Sequence record: LT960552.1
Direction: 5' to 3' (one strand)
DNA: 64,000 nt
Each line of letters opens with the position of its first letter. The stretch's first letter is position 1. Below, piece by piece: positions 44,393-57,623 of the stretch. The translations under genes were made by a program, and so were the position numbers. The notes under the pieces were generated by a model that searched no databases, was not told where the DNA came from, and saw nothing but the letters and a program-made list of their open reading frames with translations.

Positions 44393-44935
44393 ATGAACAA
44401 TTTATTCAACGCTTTTAGTATTAAAGTTCCAGGTCAAACACTAGATGATAAAAAATTCTTCCAGTACGCAGACTATGTAAATACCAGCACAACTGTACCA
44501 ACAGATGCTGAAACAGTGACAAAAGCAATTGCTTTTGTTAGACTTAAACAAATTAAACGTAAACTAAGTGAACTATCTGTTCCTGTTTACTTAACAATTA
44601 ATTTCTCCACTCCTGGAACAGCAAGTACAGTACCTACTGATGCTGAATTGGTCGTTGGCTATATTAGCATCGAACCATTTTTAAGCACTTTAGAAACTGC
44701 ACCTGATGAAGCAGATCGTTTTACAGCAGCGGCAGAAGTAATAAAAGGTATCATCGACGTTGCTCTTTCAGAGGAAATAGTGGATGAATTCTTTGAAGTT
44801 CAAACAACATACTCACGTCATAGATATCCAGGAGCAACTACAACTGATACATATCGTGAATTGGAAACAATTTTTGTAACTGTACCTGATTCTGGTGAAG
44901 TTAGTACTGTAGTTTATATTGATATTAAAGCATAA
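44393..44935 (+). CDS. Probable virion protein
   Basis: TAAATA at 44359-44364, GGAG RBS, Thr-rich. Confidence 0.5.
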   Translation: MNNLFNAFSIKVPGQTLDDKKFFQYADYVNTSTTVPTDAETVTKAIAFVRLKQIKRKLSELSVPVYLTINFSTPGTASTVPTDAELVVGYISIEPFLSTLETAPDEADRFTAAAEVIKGIIDVALSEEIVDEFFEVQTTYSRHRYPGATTTDTYRELETIFVTVPDSGEVSTVVYIDIKA

Positions 44936-44956
44936 AAACCAACAAATGGAGTTGAC

Positions 44957-45151
44957 ATGGATAGCAGAAAGTTTTATGATATGGTTATTGAAGACGTAAT
45001 GGCTTTTGACAAAGTACTTTACGATTTAGAACAAATGTCTAGCAATGCTCCAAACCCACGTATACGTACTGTGGCTGATGTAGCAATTTTACACGTTAAA
45101 TTGGCACGTGAAATCAGCCAAGCCCTTAAAGATGCTAACGAAGGACGATAA
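44957..45151 (+). CDS. Small hypothetical protein
   Basis: GGAG RBS. Confidence 0.65.
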   Translation: MDSRKFYDMVIEDVMAFDKVLYDLEQMSSNAPNPRIRTVADVAILHVKLAREISQALKDANEGR

Positions 45152-45158
45152 AAAGTCC

Positions 45159-45186
45159 TTGACAAATATTATATTTGTGTTATCAT
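45159..45186 (+). promoter_or_regulatory. Sigma70-type promoter for infC
   Basis: TTGACA-N16-TATCAT with an extended TG. Confidence 0.6.
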
Positions 45187-45225
45187 TAAATTGAAAAAAC
45201 TATTATTCGGAGTTATAAAATATAT

Positions 45226-45732
45226 ATGAAATCTGTTATTGCCAATGATCAAATTACTGCAAAGAGCGTTCGCCTCGTTGATGAAAGTTCTAGTACAGTG
45301 ATGGCAATTAATGCCGCATTAGATCTTGCTTACAGTAAAGAGATGGATTTAATTCAAGTCTCAGATCAAGATGTACCTGTAGTAAAAATTGCTAATTTGA
45401 ATAAGTACTTGTACGATCAAAAACAAGCAGAAAAAGAATCTAAAAAGAAACAACGCCAAAATTCTACACAAGTAAAAGAGGTTCAGTTTTCTTTTGGAAC
45501 ACAGGAGCATGATTTAAATACTAAAGCTAAATCGGCACAGAAATTCATTTCTGAGGGCAAGCAAGTACGAGTCGTGATGAAAATCCAAGGTCGTACTAAT
45601 TCCAATCCTAACATTCTTAAACAAAATACTGATTGTATGGGTGACTTCGTTACTCGTTTAGGTGATGTTGATTTTGTACAAAACATTGCAGTACAGGGTA
45701 ATAATGTTACCTGCACAATTAAAGCGAAGTAA
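45226..45732 (+). CDS. infC: Translation initiation factor IF-3
   Basis: IANDQITAKSVRLVD, ALDLA...MDLIQVS...PVVKIA..NKYLYDQK, KEVQF...EHDLNTK...KFISEGKQVRVVM..QGR. Confidence 0.92.
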   Translation: MKSVIANDQITAKSVRLVDESSSTVMAINAALDLAYSKEMDLIQVSDQDVPVVKIANLNKYLYDQKQAEKESKKKQRQNSTQVKEVQFSFGTQEHDLNTKAKSAQKFISEGKQVRVVMKIQGRTNSNPNILKQNTDCMGDFVTRLGDVDFVQNIAVQGNNVTCTIKAK

Positions 45733-45738
45733 CTTTAT

Positions 45739-45768
45739 AAGAGGGTAAATAAATTTTTACCCTCTTTA
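45739..45768 (+). promoter_or_regulatory. Hairpin/terminator with late promoter TAAATA at its apex
   Basis: AAGAGGGTAAA-TAAATT-TTTACCCTCTT; TAAATA at 45746-45751. Confidence 0.6.
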
Positions 45769-45784
45769 CAACTGGAGTATTATT

Positions 45785-46312
45785 ATGAAGAATATTGAAC
45801 GTAAAGTGTTCTCCCTACCTAATATTGAAGTAGTGAAAGCATCTTATAAAAATTCGGTTTATTATATCGCTGGCTCAAATGATATTACTGAATATGTTAA
45901 AATTATTAAAGCAACACAAGATTTAGATGATCTCGACGCCATTACTTATGGTTTAACTCTTTATTTGCGTGATCATCCAGAAAATAGTCAATTGGCAGTA
46001 CCGTTATTTGATGTAGTACTATTGAATGATTCAAAGACAAGTTTTGATTATGTTATTCATATTGTTAATGATCTTTTCCGTAAAGACATTACTGAATCTC
46101 ATCAAATTGCTGATCTAATTCACTATGATGGAGCAGCAACAGTTGGTACATATCCATATGAACTAGCACATACATTTGCGTGTATGGTTGAAACTGCAAA
46201 TACACAAACGCATCAAGAGTTGCAGACTGATATTGTGCCATCAGCAAAGGTTGTTGACCCACTTTCATTGATTGAGCAATTAATTCGCCGCGATCATCCA
46301 GAAGATATTTAA
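45785..46312 (+). CDS. clpS: ClpS-like protease adaptor with an N-terminal extension
   Basis: FDVVLLNDSKTSFDYVIHIV...LIHYDGAATVGTYPYELA matches the ClpS core. Confidence 0.8.
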   Translation: MKNIERKVFSLPNIEVVKASYKNSVYYIAGSNDITEYVKIIKATQDLDDLDAITYGLTLYLRDHPENSQLAVPLFDVVLLNDSKTSFDYVIHIVNDLFRKDITESHQIADLIHYDGAATVGTYPYELAHTFACMVETANTQTHQELQTDIVPSAKVVDPLSLIEQLIRRDHPEDI

Positions 46313-46318
46313 TATATA

Positions 46319-48483
<2,165 letters not shown>

Positions 48484-48484
<1 letters not shown>

Positions 48485-50934
48485 TGCCTAGTAAAAGTAA
48501 AGCACAAGCTAGGTTCATGGCAGCGGCTGCACACGATCCAGAATTTGCAAATAAAGCTGGAATTAGTACTAATGCTGCTAAAGAATGGAACCATGCTGAT
48601 GAAAAAGCGGGTAATTTGAAAAAAACTTCAAAAAAACCCGAACATGTTAATGAAGAAGTTATAAATGAAGCAAGTGGTGTTGGCATTATAAAAGTACCAC
48701 CAGCATTACTTAATAAAATTCAACGATATGTTGGATCTATTTTGTTAACTATGGGATATACAAAACAACAAGAACTCCAAAAACATGGAGAGACAGAACA
48801 GTCAAAAGCACTAATTAATTACTTAAAACGTTTTCAACGAAAATATAATGCAGCAATTTTATCTCCTAATGATTTAAGAAAATATATTAATAGTGTAAGT
48901 ACGGTTCCTCTTGATGCTGATGAAATTTTTAGCCAATTACCAGAAAATATTAAAAAACGTCCAGGAGCAAAAGAGTTAATACAAAATCTAAAATTAAGAC
49001 TTCGTATTTCAAATCAGCTAGTTGGTAGAGGTGGCAGTAATCAAACAAATGGTAATTTGAATATTCAAGAAATTGGAATACCATCATATTCACAAAAGAT
49101 TAAACCAGCATCTATTGATAACGTGGTACAATCATTAAATTATGCTATTGGTACAATAGAACATGAATTGCAACATGCTATTCAAACTACAGTACTTCAA
49201 AAATTAAATTCCAATGATAAACAGACTGAAAGAAAAGCTAGATATACTGATGGTGATGATGCATATTATGCTAGTGGGATTGAATTTGGCCCACAAGTAA
49301 AAGATTTAGCATCAGCAGCAACGGACTGGTTAGAGAATAGACCAGATGAAATAACTGGTAACAAAAATACTGATATTAGTAATGCCATTAAATATGCTAT
49401 GTCTACCTATAGTCAAGGTAAAATTATTAATGCTCTAAGAAATTATAAACACAATGATCGTGCCAATAAAGCTATGAAATTAATTTACAGAGAAGTAAGT
49501 AACTTCTATGATAACGAATATGCTGATTTGAGTGATTCTGGTGAACTAGATACATCTGAACAAAATGTATTTGGGGATACTACTGATACTTCAGTTTCAT
49601 TAGAGCATCCAGAACCAGGTCAATCTACAATGGGTGATTTGTGGTTAGCTATCAGTCAATACTTTGGAGAAAAGCCAGAAGGTTTTGGTTACTATGATGA
49701 TTTAAAGGAAATTAAAATCAAACGTCCATTTGGTGAAATTTCAATAGAGACTGCTAACAATGGTGGAGTTCATCTTTATGTTCGTGTAACTGGTAATAGA
49801 GAAAAATCTTGGAACATTGAATTAAATCCAGAACAATCTAAAAAATTGATTCAAGATGTGGCATACTTTAGTACTGAAAATACTATATCTAAACTTAAAG
49901 ATAAATTAGAAGAAGAAACGGCACCTCCTGCGGATCTTGCTAAAGCAGATTATATCGTTTATGATACTAATAATACGGAAAGTATATTTAATGATGATTC
50001 TAATAAATCTGTACAAGCAGAATATGATCAAGATGAAGGTACTGTGTATGTACATTTCAAAGGTGCACGTGACAAAATGTATATTCAAGGTTCAGGTAAA
50101 AATTATTATATTGGATATGGTTCAGAAAATGGAATAATTTGTAAAGCAGCAGACTTTAAAAAAATAATGGAACTATTAATATCATTTTATTATGAATCAG
50201 ATACTACTGACAAAATGATTAGTCGTACATTACGCAGTATTGCTAAAAATGGGGGCACAATAACCCCGTCTGATATAGAATCGCAAATTGAATATACAAA
50301 AAGGCTACAAGCTAAACACAGGAGTACTGCTGAAGTGACTGAATCAAGTATGCGTGGATGGGTAGATGTTATACAAAATGCAGAACTAGAGCACGATATA
50401 GATGATGCCGATGAACAAACTTTAATTAACACTGATCGTATTGATGAGATGCCTCTAAAATACGATTCATTTATGGGAATGGACCCACAAATTTATGTGG
50501 ACAAAGAAGCCCAAATAAATAAACCAAAAAATATGAAACCTATAAAAAATCATGGTCAGTGGACAACTTATCGTGGTAAAAAAGGTTTTATGGCATATGA
50601 CAATGATACTGGAGAAGCTATCGCCACGGTTGAAGGTCATGAAAATGATGGATGGTTTAATGTTGAAGTTACTGCATCAAGTCGTTCAGTAAAAGGAGTG
50701 GTTTATCAAATGTTTATGGATATCATCAATGAAGTAGGGATTCCCATTTTGAGTGGGAGATTGCAATCAAATGATGCTATGAATTTTTGGAAAAGATTAA
50801 TTCAATCACATAAAGTATTTGTTGTTGCTAATGGCGAAGTAATACAACAAGCTACACCAGAAAAATTCCATAAGTACTGGAGTGATGAAGAAGGATCTCC
50901 ACAATCACAATTCCAATTTTTATTAGTCAAATAA
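48484..50934 (+). CDS. Multidomain protein: HExxH metallopeptidase paralogue plus a possible C-terminal GNAT-like domain
   Basis: HELQH at 49162-49176, YYASGIE, IIKVPP motif shared with the upstream gene; C-terminal ...GIPILSGRLQSNDAMNFWKRL. Confidence 0.55.
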
Positions 50935-50943
50935 GGCAAATCA

Positions 50944-51309
50944 ATGATAGAAACAATCTTTTTATTACTAGTTATATTTCAACTAAAACATTTTCTTTGT
51001 GATTATCCATTACAAGGAAGATATATGTTAGGTAAATTCAAGAAAGAAAGATGGGAGTTACCATTAGCTGCACATGCAGGAGTTCACTTTTTAGCAACAT
51101 TTGCAATTGGATTGTTTTTTGGATTTCAAATTGCCTTAGCAGTAGCAGTACTAGACTTTGGAGTTCATTTTGTAGTAGATAAAATAAAGGTTGAAGCTTC
51201 ACGAAAAACTGATCATAGTAAACCTGAGTTTTGGTGGTATCTTGGTTTAGACCAAATGGCACATCATTTGACTCATTACATTATAATTGCTATATTAGTT
51301 CTATTATAA
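50944..51309 (+). CDS. DUF3307-like membrane protein
   Basis: HFLCDYPLQ, H..VH, HFVVD and DQMAH with TM segments. Confidence 0.8.
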   Translation: MIETIFLLLVIFQLKHFLCDYPLQGRYMLGKFKKERWELPLAAHAGVHFLATFAIGLFFGFQIALAVAVLDFGVHFVVDKIKVEASRKTDHSKPEFWWYLGLDQMAHHLTHYIIIAILVLL

Positions 51310-51311
51310 AT

Positions 51312-51343
51312 ATAACGATGCAGAAATGCATCGTTATTTTTTT
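51312..51343 (+). terminator. Intrinsic terminator
   Basis: ATAACGATGCA-GAAA-TGCATCGTTAT followed by a T run. Confidence 0.8.
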
Positions 51344-51371
51344 GGAACAAAGAAACAAATTATGCTATAAT
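51343..51371 (+). promoter_or_regulatory. TGRAAY-class extended -10 promoter
   Basis: TGGAAC-N17-TATAAT with TGC. Confidence 0.75.
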
Positions 51372-51404
51372 ATATTGGCTAAGAAACAATAAAAGGAATT
51401 AGAA

Positions 51405-53393
51405 ATGGCAAAGGAAAAGAAAAGTTCTGTTCTCGCTGAACATGGTGTTCAACAATTAACTGAATATCAACATGCACGTATCCGTACTGAAATGTACTTA
51501 GGATCAAAATCAGAACATGAACAACCAGTTCTTCTCTTTAGTGAAGATGGTTATACTGTGCAAAATTTAGGTTGGGTTCCTGCCCTACTAACTTCATTCC
51601 GTGAAATCGTGGATAACTCATTAGATGAATTTGTTAAAGCTGGAACAAAAGATCCAGTACTAAAAGTATCATATAATGAAAATGAACTTGAATTCGAAAT
51701 TAGCGATAATGGTCGTGGTATTCCGATTGATTACGTACCTGAAACTCTTAAACATGTTTGTACAATGGTACTAACAGAGATGAAAACTGGTCGTAACTTC
51801 AATGATGATGAACGTAATAATGTTGTTGGTATGAATGGTCTTGGTGGTTCAGTTGTTATGATTGTTAGTGAAAAAGCTGAGATCGAAATACATAGAACCG
51901 GAAAACCATATAAGACTGATAAATCAAATACTGAATATGATGGTATGTATAAATTCACACAGAAGTTTACAGAAGGAACTCAAATGTTCCCTGAACTTGG
52001 TATTGAAGAACCAAATATTCGTAAAGTGAAAGCAGATAAAACTGGAACAACAGTTAGATTCAAAATAAGCAAAGAAGTATTCAAAGTACATACATTACCT
52101 ATTCAGTTAGTGTATAGCATTCTTAAAGAAGTTGCGGCAGCTAACCCAACATATAAAATCTTTTTGAATGATCAACGCATTACAGTTAATAAGAAAGGTT
52201 TATTCTCTGCTGCAAAAAACACAATGATTCTCAAAGTTGATGATAATGAGACTGGACTAGATAGTACTTTCTACATTGTACCAAACGTAGTTGAGGGTCT
52301 AAGCAAGAACTTACATATGCAAGGTCTTGTTAATAATGCTCCATCATTAGAAGGTGGAACACACTTAGATACATTCCAACAAAAATTTGCATTAGGTGTT
52401 ATTAATGCATTGGATAGAGTACCTAAAAATAGAAAACGCAATTTAAAACCTAATCGTTCTGATATCGAAGAAGGATTGTTGATTTATAACATCACAAAGA
52501 TGAATACCCCAACTTTCAACTCTCAAATCAAAACGAAGCTAACTAATGAAAATGTCATCAAGCCAGTGCAAAATGCAATGAGTGATGATTTCTTTAATGA
52601 ATTAGTGAAGAAAAACACTGATTGGATTGAAGAAATTTATACTAGATGTGCTGAGCGTACAAATAAAAAAGATGCTGATGAAGATCGTAAAATGGCAAAA
52701 CGACTATTAAAAGGAAAAGTTGCTAAATTACGAGATGTAAATGATACTAAACCAAGAAGCGAATGTATTCTTTTAATTGCTGAAGGTGATTCAGCAGTAA
52801 GTTCAATGACAGCAGCTAGAAATTCTTCTATTCATGGGATTTTACCTTTGCGTGGTAAAATACAAAACGTAAATGGAAGAGAGAAAACTAAAGATCTTAT
52901 GGGTACTGCGGATAAACCATCAGCAATTCATGACATTATGGCATCTCTTAATATTGTTCCTGGAGAAAAAGCTATCAGATCCAATATGAACTTTGGTAAG
53001 TTATATATTTGTGCCGATGAAGATGAAGATGGTAAAAATATTGGTGCGTTAGTAGTAAATTTCTTTTATAAGTTCTGGCCTGAATTATTTGAAGATACTT
53101 CAAATCCATTCATTTACATTTTCAAAACACCATTTATTATTTTGGAAAAAGGTAAAGAATCAAAGTACTATTATGGTCACAACGTTCATGAATACAATCC
53201 AGATGATTGGAAAGGATGGAAAGCGACTCGTGCTAAAGGTCTTGGGACTCTTGAAGTTTCAAACTTTAGAGATGCACTTGCTAATGGTGTTGCAATAGCA
53301 ATAACCGATGATGGGTCATTAGCAGAAACATTGGATTTAATTTTCAATAAAGACCGTGCTGATGATCGTAAAGAATGGACTAAAGAAGACTAA
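51405..53393 (+). CDS. gp39: Type IIA topoisomerase large subunit (gp39+gp60 in one chain; GyrB/ParE-like)
   Basis: EIVDNSLDE, DNGRGIP, GMNGLG, AEGDSA, PLRGKI, DEDEDG and KGLG. Confidence 0.95.
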   Translation: MAKEKKSSVLAEHGVQQLTEYQHARIRTEMYLGSKSEHEQPVLLFSEDGYTVQNLGWVPALLTSFREIVDNSLDEFVKAGTKDPVLKVSYNENELEFEISDNGRGIPIDYVPETLKHVCTMVLTEMKTGRNFNDDERNNVVGMNGLGGSVVMIVSEKAEIEIHRTGKPYKTDKSNTEYDGMYKFTQKFTEGTQMFPELGIEEPNIRKVKADKTGTTVRFKISKEVFKVHTLPIQLVYSILKEVAAANPTYKIFLNDQRITVNKKGLFSAAKNTMILKVDDNETGLDSTFYIVPNVVEGLSKNLHMQGLVNNAPSLEGGTHLDTFQQKFALGVINALDRVPKNRKRNLKPNRSDIEEGLLIYNITKMNTPTFNSQIKTKLTNENVIKPVQNAMSDDFFNELVKKNTDWIEEIYTRCAERTNKKDADEDRKMAKRLLKGKVAKLRDVNDTKPRSECILLIAEGDSAVSSMTAARNSSIHGILPLRGKIQNVNGREKTKDLMGTADKPSAIHDIMASLNIVPGEKAIRSNMNFGKLYICADEDEDGKNIGALVVNFFYKFWPELFEDTSNPFIYIFKTPFIILEKGKESKYYYGHNVHEYNPDDWKGWKATRAKGLGTLEVSNFRDALANGVAIAITDDGSLAETLDLIFNKDRADDRKEWTKED

Positions 53394-53447
53394 TACATTA
53401 ATGGGGTACAGTTGAAGTACCCCAATAGTAACAAAGAGGCAAATGGA

Positions 53448-54857
53448 ATGCGTAAACCTAAAAAAATTATAGAAATTGTTCCTAACGAACTAACACTTTT
53501 GGACTTCCAAAGTTCAGATTATATAAACCAATCATCTCTTGAGTATGCATTAAGTACTTTTGATCGTTCTCTTCCAGGAATTGATGGTTTTAAAAATTCA
53601 CAAAGAAAAGCTATTTTCACACTAAGTAAAATAAGCGGAGAAATTAAAACTGTATCATGTGCAGGGCGTATGATTAGTGATGGTATATACCTTCATGGTG
53701 ATGTATCAGCTAGTGGAACTTTACAAAATTTGGCAAGTCCAGTAGTTAATAATTATCCGTTAATTGGAAAACGTGGTGGTTTTGGTACACAGGTTAATCC
53801 TGAACCAGCTAGTCCACGATATACTTATGTGAAGAAAACAAAAATAACAGAATCATTAGTACTAAGGGATTTAGATGTGGTTCCAATGCAAGAGAATTAT
53901 GATGGAACTACAATGGAACCTAAGTTCTTTTTACCATTAATTCCATTAGCATTACTTGGAGTAGATGGAACAGCAACAGCATATAAAAGTTTCATTTTTC
54001 CATACAGAATGAATGATATTATTGATAATACTATACGTGTTATTAATAGTGAAGATTTACTTCCGATGGTTCCATATTATGCTAGTTATGGTGCAAATGA
54101 CTATGTTGAAGACCGTGGAGAAGGTAAGTATACGTTCTTTGGTAAAGCAGAAGTAATTGATGCAAGTACTGTAAGAATTACTGGTTTATCACCACGAATG
54201 AAATTAGAAAAATTCATTGAAGAATTAAATGAAATGGAAGATTCTGGAAAAATTCGCGGATATAATGATGACAGTTCAGGTAAAGTTGATATTACTATAA
54301 AACTACCTAGAGGTCTTGCAGTTTCATGGACAGAAATGGATGTAATTGAGTATTTTGACATTTCAACTAAATTGGCACATACCCTTAACGTTTTAGGTGA
54401 AAATGGAAAAGTAAAAAGTTACAACGATGTTCGAGATATTATTCACGACTTCGTTCAATTCAGATTCAAGTACTACATTAAGCGTTATGAAAAACTTCTT
54501 TCTAATGCAGATGCAGAAGTTCGGTATAAAATTTTAGTGAAAGAATGTTTTGATAACGATATGATAGTAAAAATAAAATCATTTGAAAATCGTGGTGAAG
54601 TTGTAGACTTTGTAACATCTTTAAATAAAGAAATTGAAGCATCTGATGATAATATTCAAAATATCATAAACTTTCCTAGCTATCGTTGGACAAAAGAAAA
54701 CTACGATAAAGTACTTCAAGAAATTGAAGAAGCATTGGAAAAAATGGATGAATATAATGATTTGCTTTCTAATCATGATAAAATATGGAACATTTATAAA
54801 CAAGAACTTATGGAATTACGTGACATGAATATTGTATATAGAGAAGATACTGAGTAA
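53448..54857 (+). CDS. gp52: Type IIA topoisomerase medium subunit (gp52; GyrA/ParC-like)
   Basis: IDGFKNSQRK, YLHGD, GGFG and catalytic ASPRY; GAGG RBS before ATG 53448. Confidence 0.93.
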   Translation: MRKPKKIIEIVPNELTLLDFQSSDYINQSSLEYALSTFDRSLPGIDGFKNSQRKAIFTLSKISGEIKTVSCAGRMISDGIYLHGDVSASGTLQNLASPVVNNYPLIGKRGGFGTQVNPEPASPRYTYVKKTKITESLVLRDLDVVPMQENYDGTTMEPKFFLPLIPLALLGVDGTATAYKSFIFPYRMNDIIDNTIRVINSEDLLPMVPYYASYGANDYVEDRGEGKYTFFGKAEVIDASTVRITGLSPRMKLEKFIEELNEMEDSGKIRGYNDDSSGKVDITIKLPRGLAVSWTEMDVIEYFDISTKLAHTLNVLGENGKVKSYNDVRDIIHDFVQFRFKYYIKRYEKLLSNADAEVRYKILVKECFDNDMIVKIKSFENRGEVVDFVTSLNKEIEASDDNIQNIINFPSYRWTKENYDKVLQEIEEALEKMDEYNDLLSNHDKIWNIYKQELMELRDMNIVYREDTE

Positions 54858-54864
54858 TTTATAT

Positions 54865-54914
54865 AAGGACGCATAATGCGTCCTTTATTTTTAATCGTAT
54901 ACATATAATAAATA
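54865..54914 (+). terminator. Terminator (AAGGACGC family) followed by late promoter TAAATA
   Basis: AAGGACGCA-TAA-TGCGTCCTT; TAAATA at 54909-54914. Confidence 0.7.
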
Positions 54915-54950
54915 CCACAAAGCTTTTTATGTTTTTGGAGATAATAATAT

Positions 54951-57311
54951 ATGGCGAATTTCGAACCCAAATGGGATTTGATAGCTGATACCAATTCGAT
55001 TAAAGAAGGACAGACTACTTATTTTAGATTACGAATTTCTAAAAGTCAACTTATTTCACCTAACGATGAATATGTACTTGATGATGACCAATATCTTGAA
55101 TTTACATTTAATATTGTAGGTGCAGGAGAAACATTAGAAGAAAGAGATTTTAACGTATCTATAGGTGAAAGTACTTCAGAATTAATTCCTATTGGAGAAG
55201 CAGGAACAGGCATCCCACACATTCAGGGAACGCACGTAGTAAAATTAAGTAGAAAAGATTTCCAATTGAGTTCAAGTATAACCTTTATTGATGCATTCTT
55301 TTTTAAAATAGAATGTCCACAAGACGGAACATGGGATGGACCAGAATCATTAACATTTAATATTGATAGCATAAATGAAATAACATTATTAGATGGACAA
55401 ATTGCCAATACAGTTCCGAGTGGAATTGTGGGAATTAGTACTCAAATTTTAAATTATAATACTGAAGATGAAGTTTGGGTTACTCCCAACTTAACAACAC
55501 ATGGTGATAATCTATATACTATTGGTGGTATTGGATATGGATCTGAAAGTAGATTATATATTCAAGCATTTGGAAGAAGTGAAACTATAAATGGGATTAC
55601 TAATATTTTTATGCCAGCATATAAAATTGAAGAAATCACTATAGCTGATATTCCCAATGAACACATAACTGGTTCAGGTACTATTTTTATACCTGTAGGA
55701 GTTGAGGAAGAATCTAATGTTTCAATTTTGGATACTATAGGTAATACAGTACAATCAGGATTAAAATTTAATGCTAACGGTCAGTTAGTACAAACATTAA
55801 TATATGATTCTGAACCAATAGATACTTATTTTAAAGCTTCAATTGTGTCTATTACTAGTTATTATAATACACCACAAGATGCATATTTCATTGGTAAAAG
55901 ATTTAGAGCATACCAAACATGGGTTTGTCCAACTGATATTACAGATTTTTATGGTGCAGTAAAGCCAAATCATATGTATCAACTTAAAGATACTAAAGTA
56001 TATCCTTATGTAGTAAAAGAAATTATTATTGAAGGAAGTACTAAAATATTATTTGAGGAAGATAAGTGGTATGATTTGGGATTATATAATGAATCATTAG
56101 GTACTGGTATTATTGGTTCAGAAAGAATGTTTCGTGTTGTTGTAAATGATAATACTGGTACAGATATTTCTTTTGAAACTGATACAAATCTAGGTGAAAT
56201 TCATGTTGGTGAATATTTTGGACATTCAGTATATCCTAAAATAATCGCTAGTGGTTCAGATTTAATAACATACCACATTGATTCAACTACTTCACCAAAT
56301 GATATTACAAAATATGGATTAGATTTAACAGCAGATGGAATTGTCATTGGTGAAGCATACGCATTAAGTACTGATTTTACTGCTAATGATGATATACCAT
56401 TACAGTTTGATGTAGTCGCTACTAGTAAACTTGGTAAATCATTAACAAAAAGATTTAGATTAAGAATTATTAGAGGATTAGGACAAAACTATTTACATGC
56501 AGATGTGTACCCATCGTTGACATTAGAACGTTCTTGGTTTAAAATGATAAGTTCAACTACATTTAGTAGAGCATTTTATTATAGGGCATCTGACCCACGA
56601 TATGGAGTAAAAACTATACCTCGTATTTTGTTAAAAGAGAACTTCGTTGATCCAACTAAAAATTGGGAAGGGATTAAACAAACGATTCTCAATCTCAGGG
56701 CTGGAATAGTTGATACAGTTCATGGTTCACCAACACCAGATGGTTCATTTAGATTAGTACTAGGAAATTATAAAATACGTTCAGCTCTTGACAATCAAGG
56801 AAATGTGTTGTATGATGTACTGTACAGAGAGCTACATGAAGAAGGTGTACAAGTTAATTTAAGTTTAAATCCATTGAAATATACTGATTATTCTACCTCT
56901 ATAATTTCTGAGATTTTTGGATTAAGACAAAATATTTTTAATATTATAGGTGAAGATACCGTAAACTTATTAACAGATCCAACTGATTTAAATAATCGTG
57001 GTATTGTCGTTGAACCAATCAATGGAATATCTGTCGAAATGTTAGATACAGTTCCTCGTTACATGAATCATCCATATATCGAAGATAACATTAAACCTAT
57101 GTATTTCCCATGTATACCAGTTGCATACTTGCAACCAGGGCAAGGTGAAATATTGTTTAATACGATGGTACAAAATAATGAACATGGTACATTGCTCAAT
57201 ACTGAATTTGAAGTATCTGGTGTTGAATTTAAATACTATACTGAAAGTACTGACAAATATGTTCAAGAAAACTTTACGGCATCATTAAAAGTGCCTAATC
57301 TATTTCAATAA
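54951..57311 (+). CDS. Large virion structural protein (baseplate/wedge-like)
   Basis: 786 aa, beta-rich, late promoter, GGAG RBS. Confidence 0.55.
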   Translation: MANFEPKWDLIADTNSIKEGQTTYFRLRISKSQLISPNDEYVLDDDQYLEFTFNIVGAGETLEERDFNVSIGESTSELIPIGEAGTGIPHIQGTHVVKLSRKDFQLSSSITFIDAFFFKIECPQDGTWDGPESLTFNIDSINEITLLDGQIANTVPSGIVGISTQILNYNTEDEVWVTPNLTTHGDNLYTIGGIGYGSESRLYIQAFGRSETINGITNIFMPAYKIEEITIADIPNEHITGSGTIFIPVGVEEESNVSILDTIGNTVQSGLKFNANGQLVQTLIYDSEPIDTYFKASIVSITSYYNTPQDAYFIGKRFRAYQTWVCPTDITDFYGAVKPNHMYQLKDTKVYPYVVKEIIIEGSTKILFEEDKWYDLGLYNESLGTGIIGSERMFRVVVNDNTGTDISFETDTNLGEIHVGEYFGHSVYPKIIASGSDLITYHIDSTTSPNDITKYGLDLTADGIVIGEAYALSTDFTANDDIPLQFDVVATSKLGKSLTKRFRLRIIRGLGQNYLHADVYPSLTLERSWFKMISSTTFSRAFYYRASDPRYGVKTIPRILLKENFVDPTKNWEGIKQTILNLRAGIVDTVHGSPTPDGSFRLVLGNYKIRSALDNQGNVLYDVLYRELHEEGVQVNLSLNPLKYTDYSTSIISEIFGLRQNIFNIIGEDTVNLLTDPTDLNNRGIVVEPINGISVEMLDTVPRYMNHPYIEDNIKPMYFPCIPVAYLQPGQGEILFNTMVQNNEHGTLLNTEFEVSGVEFKYYTESTDKYVQENFTASLKVPNLFQ

Positions 57312-57320
57312 GGAAAATTT

Positions 57321-57623
57321 ATGTTTCATCCATTTTTCGACCCATCATCTTTAAGTGATAAAGAACTATATGATAAAATAACTGAAGTTTCTGTTAGAAT
57401 CTCTGCTGCTAGAACATCAGGGATTCAATATGAAATTATACAATCAATGTACACATTAATTCACGCATGTGAAGAAGAGATTAGAACTAGGCAAGCTCAC
57501 AAAGATCTTGAGAGTGCTTCTAAGGAAGATAATTGTGTATTTGATTCAGATAGTTATTTAAATGACAAAGATGATAAAAATAATGAAAATACAAAAAAAC
57601 AGAACTATAAGCGAGGATGGTGA
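57321..57623 (+). CDS. Hypothetical protein
   Basis: AAGGA RBS; MFHPF start. Confidence 0.65.
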   Translation: MFHPFFDPSSLSDKELYDKITEVSVRISAARTSGIQYEIIQSMYTLIHACEEEIRTRQAHKDLESASKEDNCVFDSDSYLNDKDDKNNENTKKQNYKRGW

